DNA of 64,000 bases from Verrucomicrobiota bacterium (GTDB lineage Bacteria > Verrucomicrobiota > Lentisphaeria > Lentisphaerales > Lentisphaeraceae). Made by a program: the position numbers and the translations under genes. The DNA is taken from the NCBI GenBank assembly GCA_039798785.1, contig JBDKFG010000008.1, forward strand, positions 1 to 64,000, given 5' to 3'. Shown in pieces: positions 9,490-18,399 of this stretch. Under the pieces are notes generated by a model. The model saw only the letters and a program-made list of their open reading frames with translations, was not told the DNA's origin and ran no database searches. The stretch's first letter is position 1; the number at the start of each line of letters is the position of its first letter.

Positions 9490-10884
9490 TCATGCAATCC
9501 ATCCCTTCTTCTTCCAATTTTTCAGGGTCGCTGGTGTGGCGCCGCATTGTTTCAGGATTTTGGCGATGTCATCACCTTCCATCTCCCAGTTGATCGCGTA
9601 GGCCACAAAGTCCGGGGGCACTGTGAGTTGAGTCCGCGCCAATTCGGTGACTTGACGTGCTGCCGAGCGAAGCATTTTGGAGCGCGGTTCAGGGCTCAAG
9701 GCAACTTCCACCATCTGGTTAAATTCTTCCCAGCCTTCAAAGGATTCATCAGCAGAAAAACTCAGCCAATGGCTCTCGGGGATTTCACTCACCAAAACGA
9801 GCAAACCGATGGCATCATTCTGGGTCAATGGGATTAAGGTCGGAAGCTCACCATCAAGATAAGAAATCTCCAAGGCGATCAGAGATGATGTCGCCGTATG
9901 GGCTCTCAATATATCAAGGATTTTAGCCGCCAATCTCGTGGTGAAAGCTTCACTGAGAAGTTTTATCTCTTTACTAGATTTACTGACTGAAACGGGTTTG
10001 AAGTGAGAATTTGACTGGAGTACACTGATGTCGATACCGGGCCCCAATTCTTTGAATTCATTTTCGAGTGAAACCCTTTCGTTAAAGATTTTTTCCTCTT
10101 CTTCCTCTAAAAGGTATTTAACGACATCAGGGGGTAGATCACGCCAAGATTGAGATTGGGGATAGAATTTATCCAGTTCATCAAAATTGATTTTTAAGAA
10201 AGGAGAAGAGCGGGGGTATTCAATGGCCTCTAGGCTTCTCCATAAAAGAGAAGGTTTATGTCTTAATATTTCCAACCTATTTAAAATCATCAAGTGCCTA
10301 TCCATCATTAAGATCGATTCATCAACCTGTGTGTTTGACAGGCGGCACAAATTCGAGAAATCTTGAAAGTCATTCCCTAACACAGCGATGAATAACAGGG
10401 TGTCATCAAGCGGGTTTCGACTGACTAAATAAACTTTTTCATCGGCTATATAAACATTACCTATGGTTGACTCGATAATCGGTACCGCATTTAATGGTTT
10501 TTTGTTCTGTTTTTTATGGATTTGATTACACTGGTTGATGTATCCCATTTTTAGATCTTCACCAGTGATTACCCGAGAATAAGGAAGTTCGAAGAGAATT
10601 CTTCCGTCAGGATAGCTGCGTGCCCTTTGTTGCTGAAGCGATTCCTCATTCAAAGGCTGGAGGCTTAGATTATGCCCTAAGTATCTAGAGAAAAAATCAT
10701 TGGCCAATTGAATGGTGGCGGGGCTAAGTGAGAAGTTGTCCTCAGTCAAGAATTTGCGCGGCTTGTCGCCGATGAGCAGGGATTCATAGGCCCAAGGATT
10801 ATAAGCCTTCAAGGCTTGGTCGAAGATCTTCAAGCTGGGCGGAGCATCTATGGTCCCTTCTTGATCTTTGAAACTCATTGCCAT
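9490..10884 (-). CDS. AT-rich hypothetical protein, possibly with an SMI1/KNR4 (SUKH)-like N-terminal domain
   Basis: Long ORF in visibly low-GC DNA; start taken at MAMSFKDQ (GAGG upstream); 'VPIIESTIGNVYIADEKVYLVS...LGNDFQDF' resembles the SUKH core. Confidence 0.65.
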   Translation of the reverse strand: MAMSFKDQEGTIDAPPSLKIFDQALKAYNPWAYESLLIGDKPRKFLTEDNFSLSPATIQLANDFFSRYLGHNLSLQPLNEESLQQQRARSYPDGRILFELPYSRVITGEDLKMGYINQCNQIHKKQNKKPLNAVPIIESTIGNVYIADEKVYLVSRNPLDDTLLFIAVLGNDFQDFSNLCRLSNTQVDESILMMDRHLMILNRLEILRHKPSLLWRSLEAIEYPRSSPFLKINFDELDKFYPQSQSWRDLPPDVVKYLLEEEEEKIFNERVSLENEFKELGPGIDISVLQSNSHFKPVSVSKSSKEIKLLSEAFTTRLAAKILDILRAHTATSSLIALEISYLDGELPTLIPLTQNDAIGLLVLVSEIPESHWLSFSADESFEGWEEFNQMVEVALSPEPRSKMLRSAARQVTELARTQLTVPPDFVAYAINWEMEGDDIAKILKQCGATPATLKNWKKKGWIA

Positions 10885-11119
10885 GGCCTCATTTTGTTGC
10901 ACGCAGCGGCATCGGCTTCGTCGTCGCCCTTGACAACCCCTAGCAGCAGCACCAGGCAACCGGTTTCCAGGCCGACGGAAATCACGGCGGCGCGCGAGCA
11001 GCGTTGCAGGACGGCGATCATGGCGAGGCCCGGGTTTGGAGGGAGGTCTCCCAAGTCTAGCATCAAAGGCGTCTCGCTTCAAGAGAAACAGAAACTTGTC
11101 ACGGCTTTCCAGCGTGTTA

Positions 11120-11224
11120 CAGCGGCGTCAGCCAGTTTTCCAAGGCAGCTTTTTCCATCACCGTGGCGCCGTAGCGGTCGATGGCGTTGAAGGGGTCGGC
11201 AAGGGCGGCGCGCTTCTCGGCGAC
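11120..11224 (-). pseudogene. Fragment duplicating the 3' end of 8942..9403 (105-bp repeat copy 2)
   Basis: Encodes VAEKRAALADPFNAIDRYGATVMEKAALENWLTPL followed by TAA; lacks the TM region. Confidence 0.75.
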
Positions 11225-11332
11225 CAACGGCGGCAGAGGGCTGCCGCGCTCCCAGGTGCACACCAAAAAGGAGGACAGGCCATCGGCCTGTCCTGTTCAC
11301 GGGCAAGATGCCCGTGCTCCTTTATTCGACGC

Positions 11333-13000
11333 TCAATGCAGCAGCTTGTTGATCGCGGCGGTGATCGCCTTGACTGCGGCTTGCGAGATATTGGCGTGGA
11401 TGCCGACGCCGATGGCGAGTTTGCCGTCGGGGCCTTTGAGCTGGACGAAGGTGACCGCTTCGGCCTGGGCGCCGTGGCCGGCCTTGCTTTCTTCGTAGTG
11501 CTCAAGGGTGAACTCGGGCAGTCCGAGCTTCTTCAAGGCGGCGACGAAGGCGGCGACGGGGCCGTTTTCGCGGGCTTCGAGGATCTGTTTCTTGCCCTGA
11601 TAGGCGACTTCCACCTTGGCCTGGATGATCGAGGGGATCTTCTCATCCGGGTAGGGCCAGAAGTTGATCAGGTCGAGCTGCGAGGGCGAGGGGTTGACAT
11701 AGGCTTCGGTGAAGAGCTGCCAGAGCTCCTTGCCGGAGACTTCGCGGGCGACGGCTTCGGCGTAGACCTGGACGCGGCTGGCGAGGTCGGCCTGCATCCA
11801 GCGGGGCAGGTGAATGCCGTGCTCGCTTTCGATGACATGGGCGATGCCGCCCTTGCCCGATTGCGAGTTGATCCGGATCATCTTCTCGAAGTTGCGACCG
11901 ACGTCGGTCGGGTCGATGTGGAGATAGGGGATCTTCCACTGGCCGAAGGTCTCCATCATCGCGTCTTTTTTCAGCAGGCACTTGTGGATGGCGTCCTGGT
12001 GCGAGCCGGAGAAGGCGGAGTAGACGAGGTCGCCGACGTAGGGGTGACGCGGGTGCGGGGTGAAGCCGGTGAGGCGGGTCACCACTTCGTTGATGTGGGC
12101 GAGCTTGGAGAAGTCGAGGCCGGTGTCGACCCCCATGTACTGGAGGTTGAGGGCGACGATGATCGAGTCGACGTTGCCGGTGCGTTCGCCGTGGCCGAAG
12201 AGGGTGCCTTCGACGCGTTCGCCGCCGGCCTGCAGGGACAGGGTGGTGGCGGCGACGGCGCAGCCCATGTCGTTGTGCGCGTGCAGCGAGATCACCGAGC
12301 GCGAGCGGTTCTTCAGCTTGCGGCAGAAGAGCTCGATCATGTCGGCGTAGTGGTTGGGCGGACGGCGCTCGACGGTGGCGGGCAGGTTGAGGATGACCTT
12401 CTCGTCGCCCTGCGGGTTCCACTGGTCGACGACGAAGTCGCAGACCTGGACGCCGTAGTCCATGTCGGTGTCGGTGAACTCCTCGGGGGAGAATTCCAGT
12501 TCGTAGCGGGTCTGGGGGAATTTCGCCGCTTCGCTCTTGATCGTGGCGATGCTGGCGCGCAGCATCTCGATCTGCTCGGGGCGGCTCTTGCCGAGGACGT
12601 GTTCGCGGTGCAGGTCGGAAGTGGCGATGTAGATGTGGACGACGCAGCGCTTGGCGCCGCGCAGCGACTCGACCGTCTTGGCGATCAGGTCGGGGCGCGA
12701 GGGGGCGAGGACGCTGATGACGACGTCATCGGGGACCTGCTTCTGCTCGATCAGCCAGCGGGTGAAGTCGTAGTCGTCCTTGGAGGCGGAGGGGAAGCCG
12801 ACCTCGATTTCCTTGAAGCCGATTTCAAGAAGCAGACGCCAGTACTCTTTCTTCTGTTCGAAGGTGAGCGGATTGGGAAGCGCCTGGTTGCCATCGCGAA
12901 GGTCGACAGCGCACCAACGGGGGCTGCTGGTGATCTGGCGGTCGGGCCATGTGCGGTTCTCGATCCCCACGGGGGGTACGGCTTTGTATTTGCTCTGCAT
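11333..13000 (-). CDS. leuA: 2-isopropylmalate synthase (yeast/Mycobacterium type)
   Basis: 'WCAVDLRDGNQAL', 'EIEVGFPSAS', 'LNLPATVE', 'SLHAHND', 'GERTGNVD', 'FSGSHQDAI', 'RINSQSGKGG'. Confidence 0.97.
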   Translation of the reverse strand: MQSKYKAVPPVGIENRTWPDRQITSSPRWCAVDLRDGNQALPNPLTFEQKKEYWRLLLEIGFKEIEVGFPSASKDDYDFTRWLIEQKQVPDDVVISVLAPSRPDLIAKTVESLRGAKRCVVHIYIATSDLHREHVLGKSRPEQIEMLRASIATIKSEAAKFPQTRYELEFSPEEFTDTDMDYGVQVCDFVVDQWNPQGDEKVILNLPATVERRPPNHYADMIELFCRKLKNRSRSVISLHAHNDMGCAVAATTLSLQAGGERVEGTLFGHGERTGNVDSIIVALNLQYMGVDTGLDFSKLAHINEVVTRLTGFTPHPRHPYVGDLVYSAFSGSHQDAIHKCLLKKDAMMETFGQWKIPYLHIDPTDVGRNFEKMIRINSQSGKGGIAHVIESEHGIHLPRWMQADLASRVQVYAEAVAREVSGKELWQLFTEAYVNPSPSQLDLINFWPYPDEKIPSIIQAKVEVAYQGKKQILEARENGPVAAFVAALKKLGLPEFTLEHYEESKAGHGAQAEAVTFVQLKGPDGKLAIGVGIHANISQAAVKAITAAINKLLH

Positions 13001-13255
13001 TCTCTTTCTCCGATGTCTGTCTTCTCTTGTTCGTTCAAGAGAACGGCAAATCTACCCCGAAGCGAAAAAAAGGCGAGATCAACCCGCGCCTATCCCGCCT
13101 ATCCGCCTATCCTGGATGCTGCACGGCCATGCGGAAACCGCGGCGAAATGATTTGACGCCTGCGAGTCCCTCCCCGGCGAAGTTCCTGGCTTGAGACACA
13201 AGATTTCCGGTTTTGCGGCGTTCTATTGCCATCAGCCATCTTCAAGGAGATCATT

Positions 13256-15004
13256 ATGAGCCTGATCCTCGGCACTCTCCTCGCCTTTGCAGCCCCGGAT
13301 GCGAACGGCATCAGCCCGGCGGCACCGGCGCCGGCGACCAAGGTGAAGTCTGCTCGCGAGGCACCCTCCGAAGCTTTGGTCCGCAGGCTCTATCTCGACC
13401 TTCTCGACCGGCTTCCCGAAATCGACGAGTTCGAGAGCTCGGTCCGCCAGATAGACGCCGGCAATTACCCGCAGCTCGTCGAGCAGCTGATGAAGAGCCA
13501 GGAATACCAGCTCAACCTCGCCGCCAAGGTGGTTGAGCACTACGCCCCCAAGGAACGCACCCATGGCCTGGTCGACTACAAGCGGCTGGAGCGCCACCTG
13601 AAGGACAACTACCTGAAGCCGGGCAAAGACTTCCGGATCTTCTTGGAGGACATGCTCAAGGCTCGCGGCATCGCCGTTTCCAACCTCCTGGTGCTTTTCT
13701 ACAACGACAAGGAGACGCCGGCCCAGATGACGGCGCGCTTCACCGAACGGGTGATGGCAGTGCCGATGGGCTGCGCCGAATGCCATGACCACCGCATCCA
13801 TCCCGACATCAAGATCACCGATTTCTGGTCCCTCGCCGCCTTCTATCAAGGCTTCGACAAGACCTTCGTCAAAAACGAGGTCGAGCTCAACGCCCTCGCC
13901 AAGACCTTGGAAAACAAAGAAAAACCGCGGCAGCAGCTGGGCACCAACGAATACAAACGGGTGCTGGCCTGGATCAAGGCGGAACGCCAGGGGAAGTCGA
14001 TTTACGACGACCTCAGCGCCAAGGAGAAGATGGGCATCGACCCGAGCAATCGGGTCGAGATGAATTCCGCCGAGGATTTGAAGAAGAGGAATCGCAACGA
14101 CGTCAACACCCCCACCCTGCTGGCTCCGCAGCTCTATCTCTACGAGGACAAAGAGCGTCTCAATGAGATGACGATCACTTATCCGGTCGACGGCAAGAGC
14201 TACACCGCCAAGGCACGCCTCTTCGGTGCCGATCGCGGCATCCAGGAGACCAAGACGCCGCGCGACGTGCTGGCCAAGTGGATGGCGACGCGGCAGAATG
14301 AATTCGTCTCCCGCGCCGTCGCCAACTGGGTCGGCCACTGGCTTCTCGGCCGCGGCCTCGCCCTGCCGGTAAACGACGTCTACGACATGAAGAACGCCTC
14401 GCCGCAGCTAGTCGCCTGCGCCGACTACCTCGAGAAAGAGCGCTGGGACATCAACGCTCTGGTGCGGATGATCGTCCTCTCCCCCGCCTACCGGCTCCCT
14501 TCCTCGCTGCAGAACGATGAAGAGAAGTTCATGGCCTTCAAGGCCCGCCGCTTCCGTCACCTCAACGGCGATCAGCTGGTGAACTCCCTCAACGGCGCCT
14601 ACCTCGCCCGCCTGCGTCGCGACACCAGCATCGACGCCTTGCGGCAGCTCTATGCCGCCGAGGTCGACCGCAATCAACTGGTGCAGAAACTCTTCCCCTC
14701 CTCCTTGAACGACAGCGAGGCTAATTACCGCGGCGCCCTGACCCAGTCGCTCTATCTCTCCAGCGACACGCGAATGCTGGAATTCACCCACAAGCTGGCG
14801 CAAGCCGGCTACAGCGCCCATCAAGGTTTGTCGCACGACGCCTGGCTCGACTCGCTCTTCGTCCGCTTCTACACCCGCCACCCCAGCCCGCAGGAGATCG
14901 CCTTCTTCGGCGCCAAGCTTGACGCCACCAAGAGCTACTCCCAATCCGGCTTCTTCGAGACCGTCTGGACTCTGATCAATTCGCCAGAAATGAGATTGTA
15001 TTGA
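13256..15004 (+). CDS. DUF1549/DUF1553 (PSCyt2/PSD1)-type secreted protein
   Basis: Signal-like N-terminus; 'LVRRLYLDLLDRLP', 'MGCAECHDH', 'RAVANWVGHWLLGRGL', 'WTLINSPEM'; AAGGAG RBS before ATG 13256. Confidence 0.8.
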   Translation: MSLILGTLLAFAAPDANGISPAAPAPATKVKSAREAPSEALVRRLYLDLLDRLPEIDEFESSVRQIDAGNYPQLVEQLMKSQEYQLNLAAKVVEHYAPKERTHGLVDYKRLERHLKDNYLKPGKDFRIFLEDMLKARGIAVSNLLVLFYNDKETPAQMTARFTERVMAVPMGCAECHDHRIHPDIKITDFWSLAAFYQGFDKTFVKNEVELNALAKTLENKEKPRQQLGTNEYKRVLAWIKAERQGKSIYDDLSAKEKMGIDPSNRVEMNSAEDLKKRNRNDVNTPTLLAPQLYLYEDKERLNEMTITYPVDGKSYTAKARLFGADRGIQETKTPRDVLAKWMATRQNEFVSRAVANWVGHWLLGRGLALPVNDVYDMKNASPQLVACADYLEKERWDINALVRMIVLSPAYRLPSSLQNDEEKFMAFKARRFRHLNGDQLVNSLNGAYLARLRRDTSIDALRQLYAAEVDRNQLVQKLFPSSLNDSEANYRGALTQSLYLSSDTRMLEFTHKLAQAGYSAHQGLSHDAWLDSLFVRFYTRHPSPQEIAFFGAKLDATKSYSQSGFFETVWTLINSPEMRLY

Positions 15005-15226
15005 GAGCCTGCCTACGGCTCGCCCTGAGCGACGAAAAAGCGACCTGTCTCAGCCGAATTTCAGGATCACAGCTTAGGAAGTCAGAGAACACGGGAGTGC
15101 TTTGACTCCCCAACTCCCTGAAAAGCCGCTTGAATGCATCTCCCTCCAAGCTCAATTCGGTGTGATACACGCCAAGAAAAAGACCGCCCTTCAAGCTTAG
15201 GGCGGCCAGGCAAAAGTAGGGGCAAC

Positions 15227-15868
15227 TCAGGGCTTGGCGAGATTCATCATTGAAGGCTCGCCACGAGTCGAGGTGTTATAGGTCTGCAAAAGAGTCAGCC
15301 CCTCGACATGGCCGTCCATGAAATTGCAAGTTGCGAGAGTCTGTTCCTTGTGCCTCGGATTGGCGGGGTAAGTGGCATTGTGACCGACCAAGGAATCCCA
15401 GTCCTTGTCGTCGTCACTGTCGGCAAAGGCAATCATCTTGGAAGGGTTGTTGACTTTGCCGAAAGAATAAGCTGTAAGGTTCCAATTGGGGCTCGTACCC
15501 CAGCCCAGCCACCAAAGGTTGTAGCCGTACGAAAGATTCCCAGAGTTCTGGGTGTAGGCATTGCCGTCGATATCCAGGGGACAGTCCATCGCTTTTGATC
15601 GGGCGGAGCCTGTGACCGCGAGATAGCGCTTAGTATTGGAGATCCAGTAGTAGCCCAAGGTCGATCCCGGCACGCCATCGTCGCCCCTGCCGTCATCACA
15701 AGCCTGAGTGAAGGCCTTGTTGATCTGGGCAAGATTGTTCTTGCAGATGGCGAATTGAGCCGTGTCCCGCGCCTGCCCCAAAGCAGGCATGAGAAGAGAG
15801 AGCAAGATGGCTATAATCGCCACCACGACCAACAACTCGACCAGAGAAAAGGCTTGACGTTTCAACAT
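15227..15868 (-). CDS. Prepilin-type N-terminal cleavage/methylation protein with H-X(n)-DG motif
   Basis: [30 protein letters not shown]...CKNNLAQI, 'SYGYN', '[17 protein letters not shown]'. Confidence 0.9.
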   Translation of the reverse strand: MLKRQAFSLVELLVVVAIIAILLSLLMPALGQARDTAQFAICKNNLAQINKAFTQACDDGRGDDGVPGSTLGYYWISNTKRYLAVTGSARSKAMDCPLDIDGNAYTQNSGNLSYGYNLWWLGWGTSPNWNLTAYSFGKVNNPSKMIAFADSDDDKDWDSLVGHNATYPANPRHKEQTLATCNFMDGHVEGLTLLQTYNTSTRGEPSMMNLAKP

Positions 15869-15943
15869 GGATGGCCTCAGATTGCTGCTGTGTCACTAAG
15901 CCATTATCTCCGAAAAATCCCATTCCAGCAAGGGGATGGTTCG

Positions 15944-15998
15944 GAATTATTTTATGATTTTAAAAATAATTTATTAATTCATTTTATTAATGATTGTC
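15944..15998. promoter_or_regulatory. Very AT-rich divergent promoter region
   Basis: 'aattattttatgattttaaaaataatttattaattcattttattaatg' between the divergent starts at 15868 and 16052. Confidence 0.45.
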
Positions 15999-16051
15999 AT
16001 ATGGAGGGTCTTTGAGTACAATGGGGGCTGATCGGAAGCAGCGAGGATTCC

Positions 16052-16960
16052 ATGCCCTTTTTGATGAAAGCCTTGATTTTGATCTTCATGCTGGGGCTGA
16101 TATTGCGCCTCAACTGGCTGAACAAGCGGGATCCCCAGCCTTTCCGTCGTTTTGCAATGATCTCAATTTCGCTCCTGGCGGTTCTTTTCTGCGCCTTGGA
16201 GCCGATCTTGGGGAAAATCTGGGGCAAGAAGGATCAGCTTAACAACTTGAGTCTTCGGGCGCAGGCCTTCAAGATCGGAGCGACAGCCAGCTCGTTGAAG
16301 TCCGGAATCAAGTCCGCGATTGTCATCGTCGACAAAAAGACCCTGGGAACCCGCCTCCATGAGCAGCAATTGGAGAGCTTGATCGAAGGCCTGAAAGTCT
16401 TCGCCTTGGATCTCAAAGTCTTTGCAGCGAATCATGAGGGGGCCCAGGTCTCCGGCAGCGAATTCGCCGGCATCTTGAAACAAGCTCAGAACGTCGATCT
16501 CATCGTCAGCTTCGTCGGCCTTCCGGGGGGCGATGACATCGGAAAGGTTCCCCGTTTCGTCTTTGATGAGGAGGAGGAAGAAGAAAAGGCGGAAAAGCCG
16601 CAGGGTCCGATGATCGCCGTGGTCTTGCCCATGCTCGACGCTTACGCAGCACGTCTGCTCAAAAACGGTCGGATCGACATGGCCAGCATCAACCAGGTCG
16701 ACATGATCAAGGCTCGGGCACTCACCCCGAAGTCCCCTTTGAGCCAGTACTACGACGCGATGTTTGTCATGCTGACTGGCGCAAATCTGCTGCAAACCGT
16801 CAAGGCCCAGCCCAGCTTGATCGATCTTGCCAGTCTCAAGACCTTGGCGGAGAAAAACTCTAGGACGGACAAAAAACCGGATGACAATCCGGAACTTCTC
16901 CTTGACGAGGCGCTGCCGCAAGCGCTGCCTTTGCCGAAGAAACGCCCGGAGCTGGAATAA
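16052..16960 (+). CDS. Hypothetical protein: 2 TM helices plus a periplasmic-binding-protein-like alpha/beta lobe
   Basis: GAGGA RBS; two N-terminal hydrophobic helices; 'VDLIVSFVGLP', 'LLKNGRIDMASINQ', 'YYDAMFVMLTGANL'. Confidence 0.75.
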   Translation: MPFLMKALILIFMLGLILRLNWLNKRDPQPFRRFAMISISLLAVLFCALEPILGKIWGKKDQLNNLSLRAQAFKIGATASSLKSGIKSAIVIVDKKTLGTRLHEQQLESLIEGLKVFALDLKVFAANHEGAQVSGSEFAGILKQAQNVDLIVSFVGLPGGDDIGKVPRFVFDEEEEEEKAEKPQGPMIAVVLPMLDAYAARLLKNGRIDMASINQVDMIKARALTPKSPLSQYYDAMFVMLTGANLLQTVKAQPSLIDLASLKTLAEKNSRTDKKPDDNPELLLDEALPQALPLPKKRPELE

Positions 16961-16965
16961 GACTT

Positions 16966-16996
16966 TTCCCGCCGGACAGAGGATGTCCGGCGGGAA
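16966..16996. terminator. Strong hairpin between convergent genes (probable terminator)
   Basis: TTCCCGCCGGACA-gagga-TGTCCGGCGGGAA, 13-bp perfect stem just after the stop at 16960. Confidence 0.7.
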
Positions 16997-17009
16997 GAAG
17001 CGAAATTCA

Positions 17010-17139
17010 AGCTAAAAACCGCTGTTGAGCAACAGAACCGGGTTGAAAGGTTGAAACGCAAGGCATTGAACAACAAAAGTCAGCGACTATTTGACGCGGA
17101 CAGGAGAGCTTTCCCATCTGAGGTCATTCCGACGGATCA
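17010..17139. mobile_element. Degenerate left half of the MITE, in tandem with 17140..17349
   Basis: TCA|AGCTAAAAACCGCTGTT is a 15/17 inverted match to the right end at 17333..17349; followed by 'gaaccgggttgaaaggttgaaa'. Confidence 0.65.
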
Positions 17140-17349
17140 TCCTAAATTCCGCAGCAGCGGAATGGAACCGGGTTGAAAGGTTGAAAGGCAAATACATGAA
17201 CAACAGCGATAAATGACGATTCTAGTTCGACCCGCATGACTGCCAGCCGGAGGAGTTGCCGAGCGCCCTCGAACACCATAACCTCTTGCTGTTGTAGCTG
17301 ATCCTTTCAACCTTTGAACCTTCCAACCTTTTAACTGCGGTTTTTAGGT
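17140..17349. mobile_element. Non-autonomous MITE-like element, copy 1 (210 bp)
   Basis: Nearly identical to 45402..45619. Imperfect TIRs CCTAAATTCCGCAG / CTGCGGTTTTTAGG, internal GGTTGAAA / TTTCAACC 8-mers, TCA on both flanks. Confidence 0.85.
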
Positions 17350-18399
17350 TCAAGCCAGCGACTTGGTCAGGTCGACCAGCTTCTTGCGGGCGGCGCTGGT
17401 GGCGATGCCGAGCTCGGTCTCCTTGACGTAGCGGGCGATGACCTGGTCGAGGACCTGGGCGGCGGCGTGCTCGCCGAGGAATTCGAGCATCATCTTGCCG
17501 GAGAGGACGGCGGCGATCGGGTTGGCCTTGTCCTGGCCGGCGATGTCGGGGGCGGAGCCGTGGATCGGCTCGAACATCGAGCAGCCGGTGCGGTCGGGGT
17601 TGAGGTTGCCGGAGGCGGCCATGCCCATGCCGCCCTGGGTCTCGGCGCCGATGTCGGTGATGATGTCGCCGAACATGTTCTCGGTGACGACGACGTCGAA
17701 CATCGCGGGGTTGCGGATCATGAACATGCAGGCGGCATCGACGTGGTAGTATTCGCGCTTGACCTCGGGGTACTGGGCGCCGAGCTCTTCGTAGACGCGC
17801 AGCCAGAGTTCATACATGTGCGTGAGGACGTTGGACTTGCCGACCAGGGCGACCTTCTTGCGGCGCTTCATGGCGAGCTCGAAGGCGTAGCGCAGGCAGC
17901 GCTCGACCTGGCGGTAGTTGTAGACCATCGACTGGACCGCGACTTCGTCCTTGCTGCCCTTCATCGTGCTGCCGCCGATGCCGGTGTAGAGGCCGCCGGA
18001 GTTCTCGCGGACGACGACGTAGTCGAGGTCGGCGGCGGTCTTGCCCTTGAGCGGGCAGGCGACGCCGTCGTAGAGCTTGACCGGGCGCAGGTTGATGTAG
18101 AGGTCGAGATCGAAGCGCATCTTGAGCAGCAGGCCCTTCTCGATGATGCCGGGCTTGACGCCGGGGTGGCCGACGGCGCCGAAGAAGAGGGCGTCGAACT
18201 TGCGCCATTCGTTGAGGGTCTCGTCGGAAAGGACCTCGCCGGTCTTCAGGTAGTGGCCGCCGGACTGCGGGTATTCCTTGAGATTGAGCGTGAAGCCGCC
18301 GCGCGAGGCGAGGATGTCGAGGCATTCGAGGGCGACGGGGACGACTTCGGGACCGATGCCGTCACCGGCGACGACAGCGATTTTATGATTGCGGCTCAT
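17350..18399 (-). CDS. leuB: 3-isopropylmalate dehydrogenase
   Basis: 'IAVVAGDGIGPEV', 'LLKMRFDLDLYINLRP', 'VVRENSGGLY', 'ENMFGDIITD', 'MFEPIHGSAPDIAG'. Confidence 0.9.
   Translation of the reverse strand: MSRNHKIAVVAGDGIGPEVVPVALECLDILASRGGFTLNLKEYPQSGGHYLKTGEVLSDETLNEWRKFDALFFGAVGHPGVKPGIIEKGLLLKMRFDLDLYINLRPVKLYDGVACPLKGKTAADLDYVVVRENSGGLYTGIGGSTMKGSKDEVAVQSMVYNYRQVERCLRYAFELAMKRRKKVALVGKSNVLTHMYELWLRVYEELGAQYPEVKREYYHVDAACMFMIRNPAMFDVVVTENMFGDIITDIGAETQGGMGMAASGNLNPDRTGCSMFEPIHGSAPDIAGQDKANPIAAVLSGKMMLEFLGEHAAAQVLDQVIARYVKETELGIATSAARKKLVDLTKSLA

Noticed and set aside
10875..11066. Small 63-aa ORF upstream of the AT-rich gene
   Set aside because: No motif or clear RBS; cannot be distinguished from noise.
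8978..11224. Diversity-generating retroelement TR/VR pair
   Set aside because: The 7 mismatches are not restricted to adenines on either strand, and no reverse transcriptase is present.
13001..13200. Leucine attenuator upstream of leuA
   Set aside because: The only short ATG ORF I found (MAVQHPG) has no Leu codons; an 8-bp hairpin (13022..13043) and a GCCTATCC triple repeat are too weak to call.
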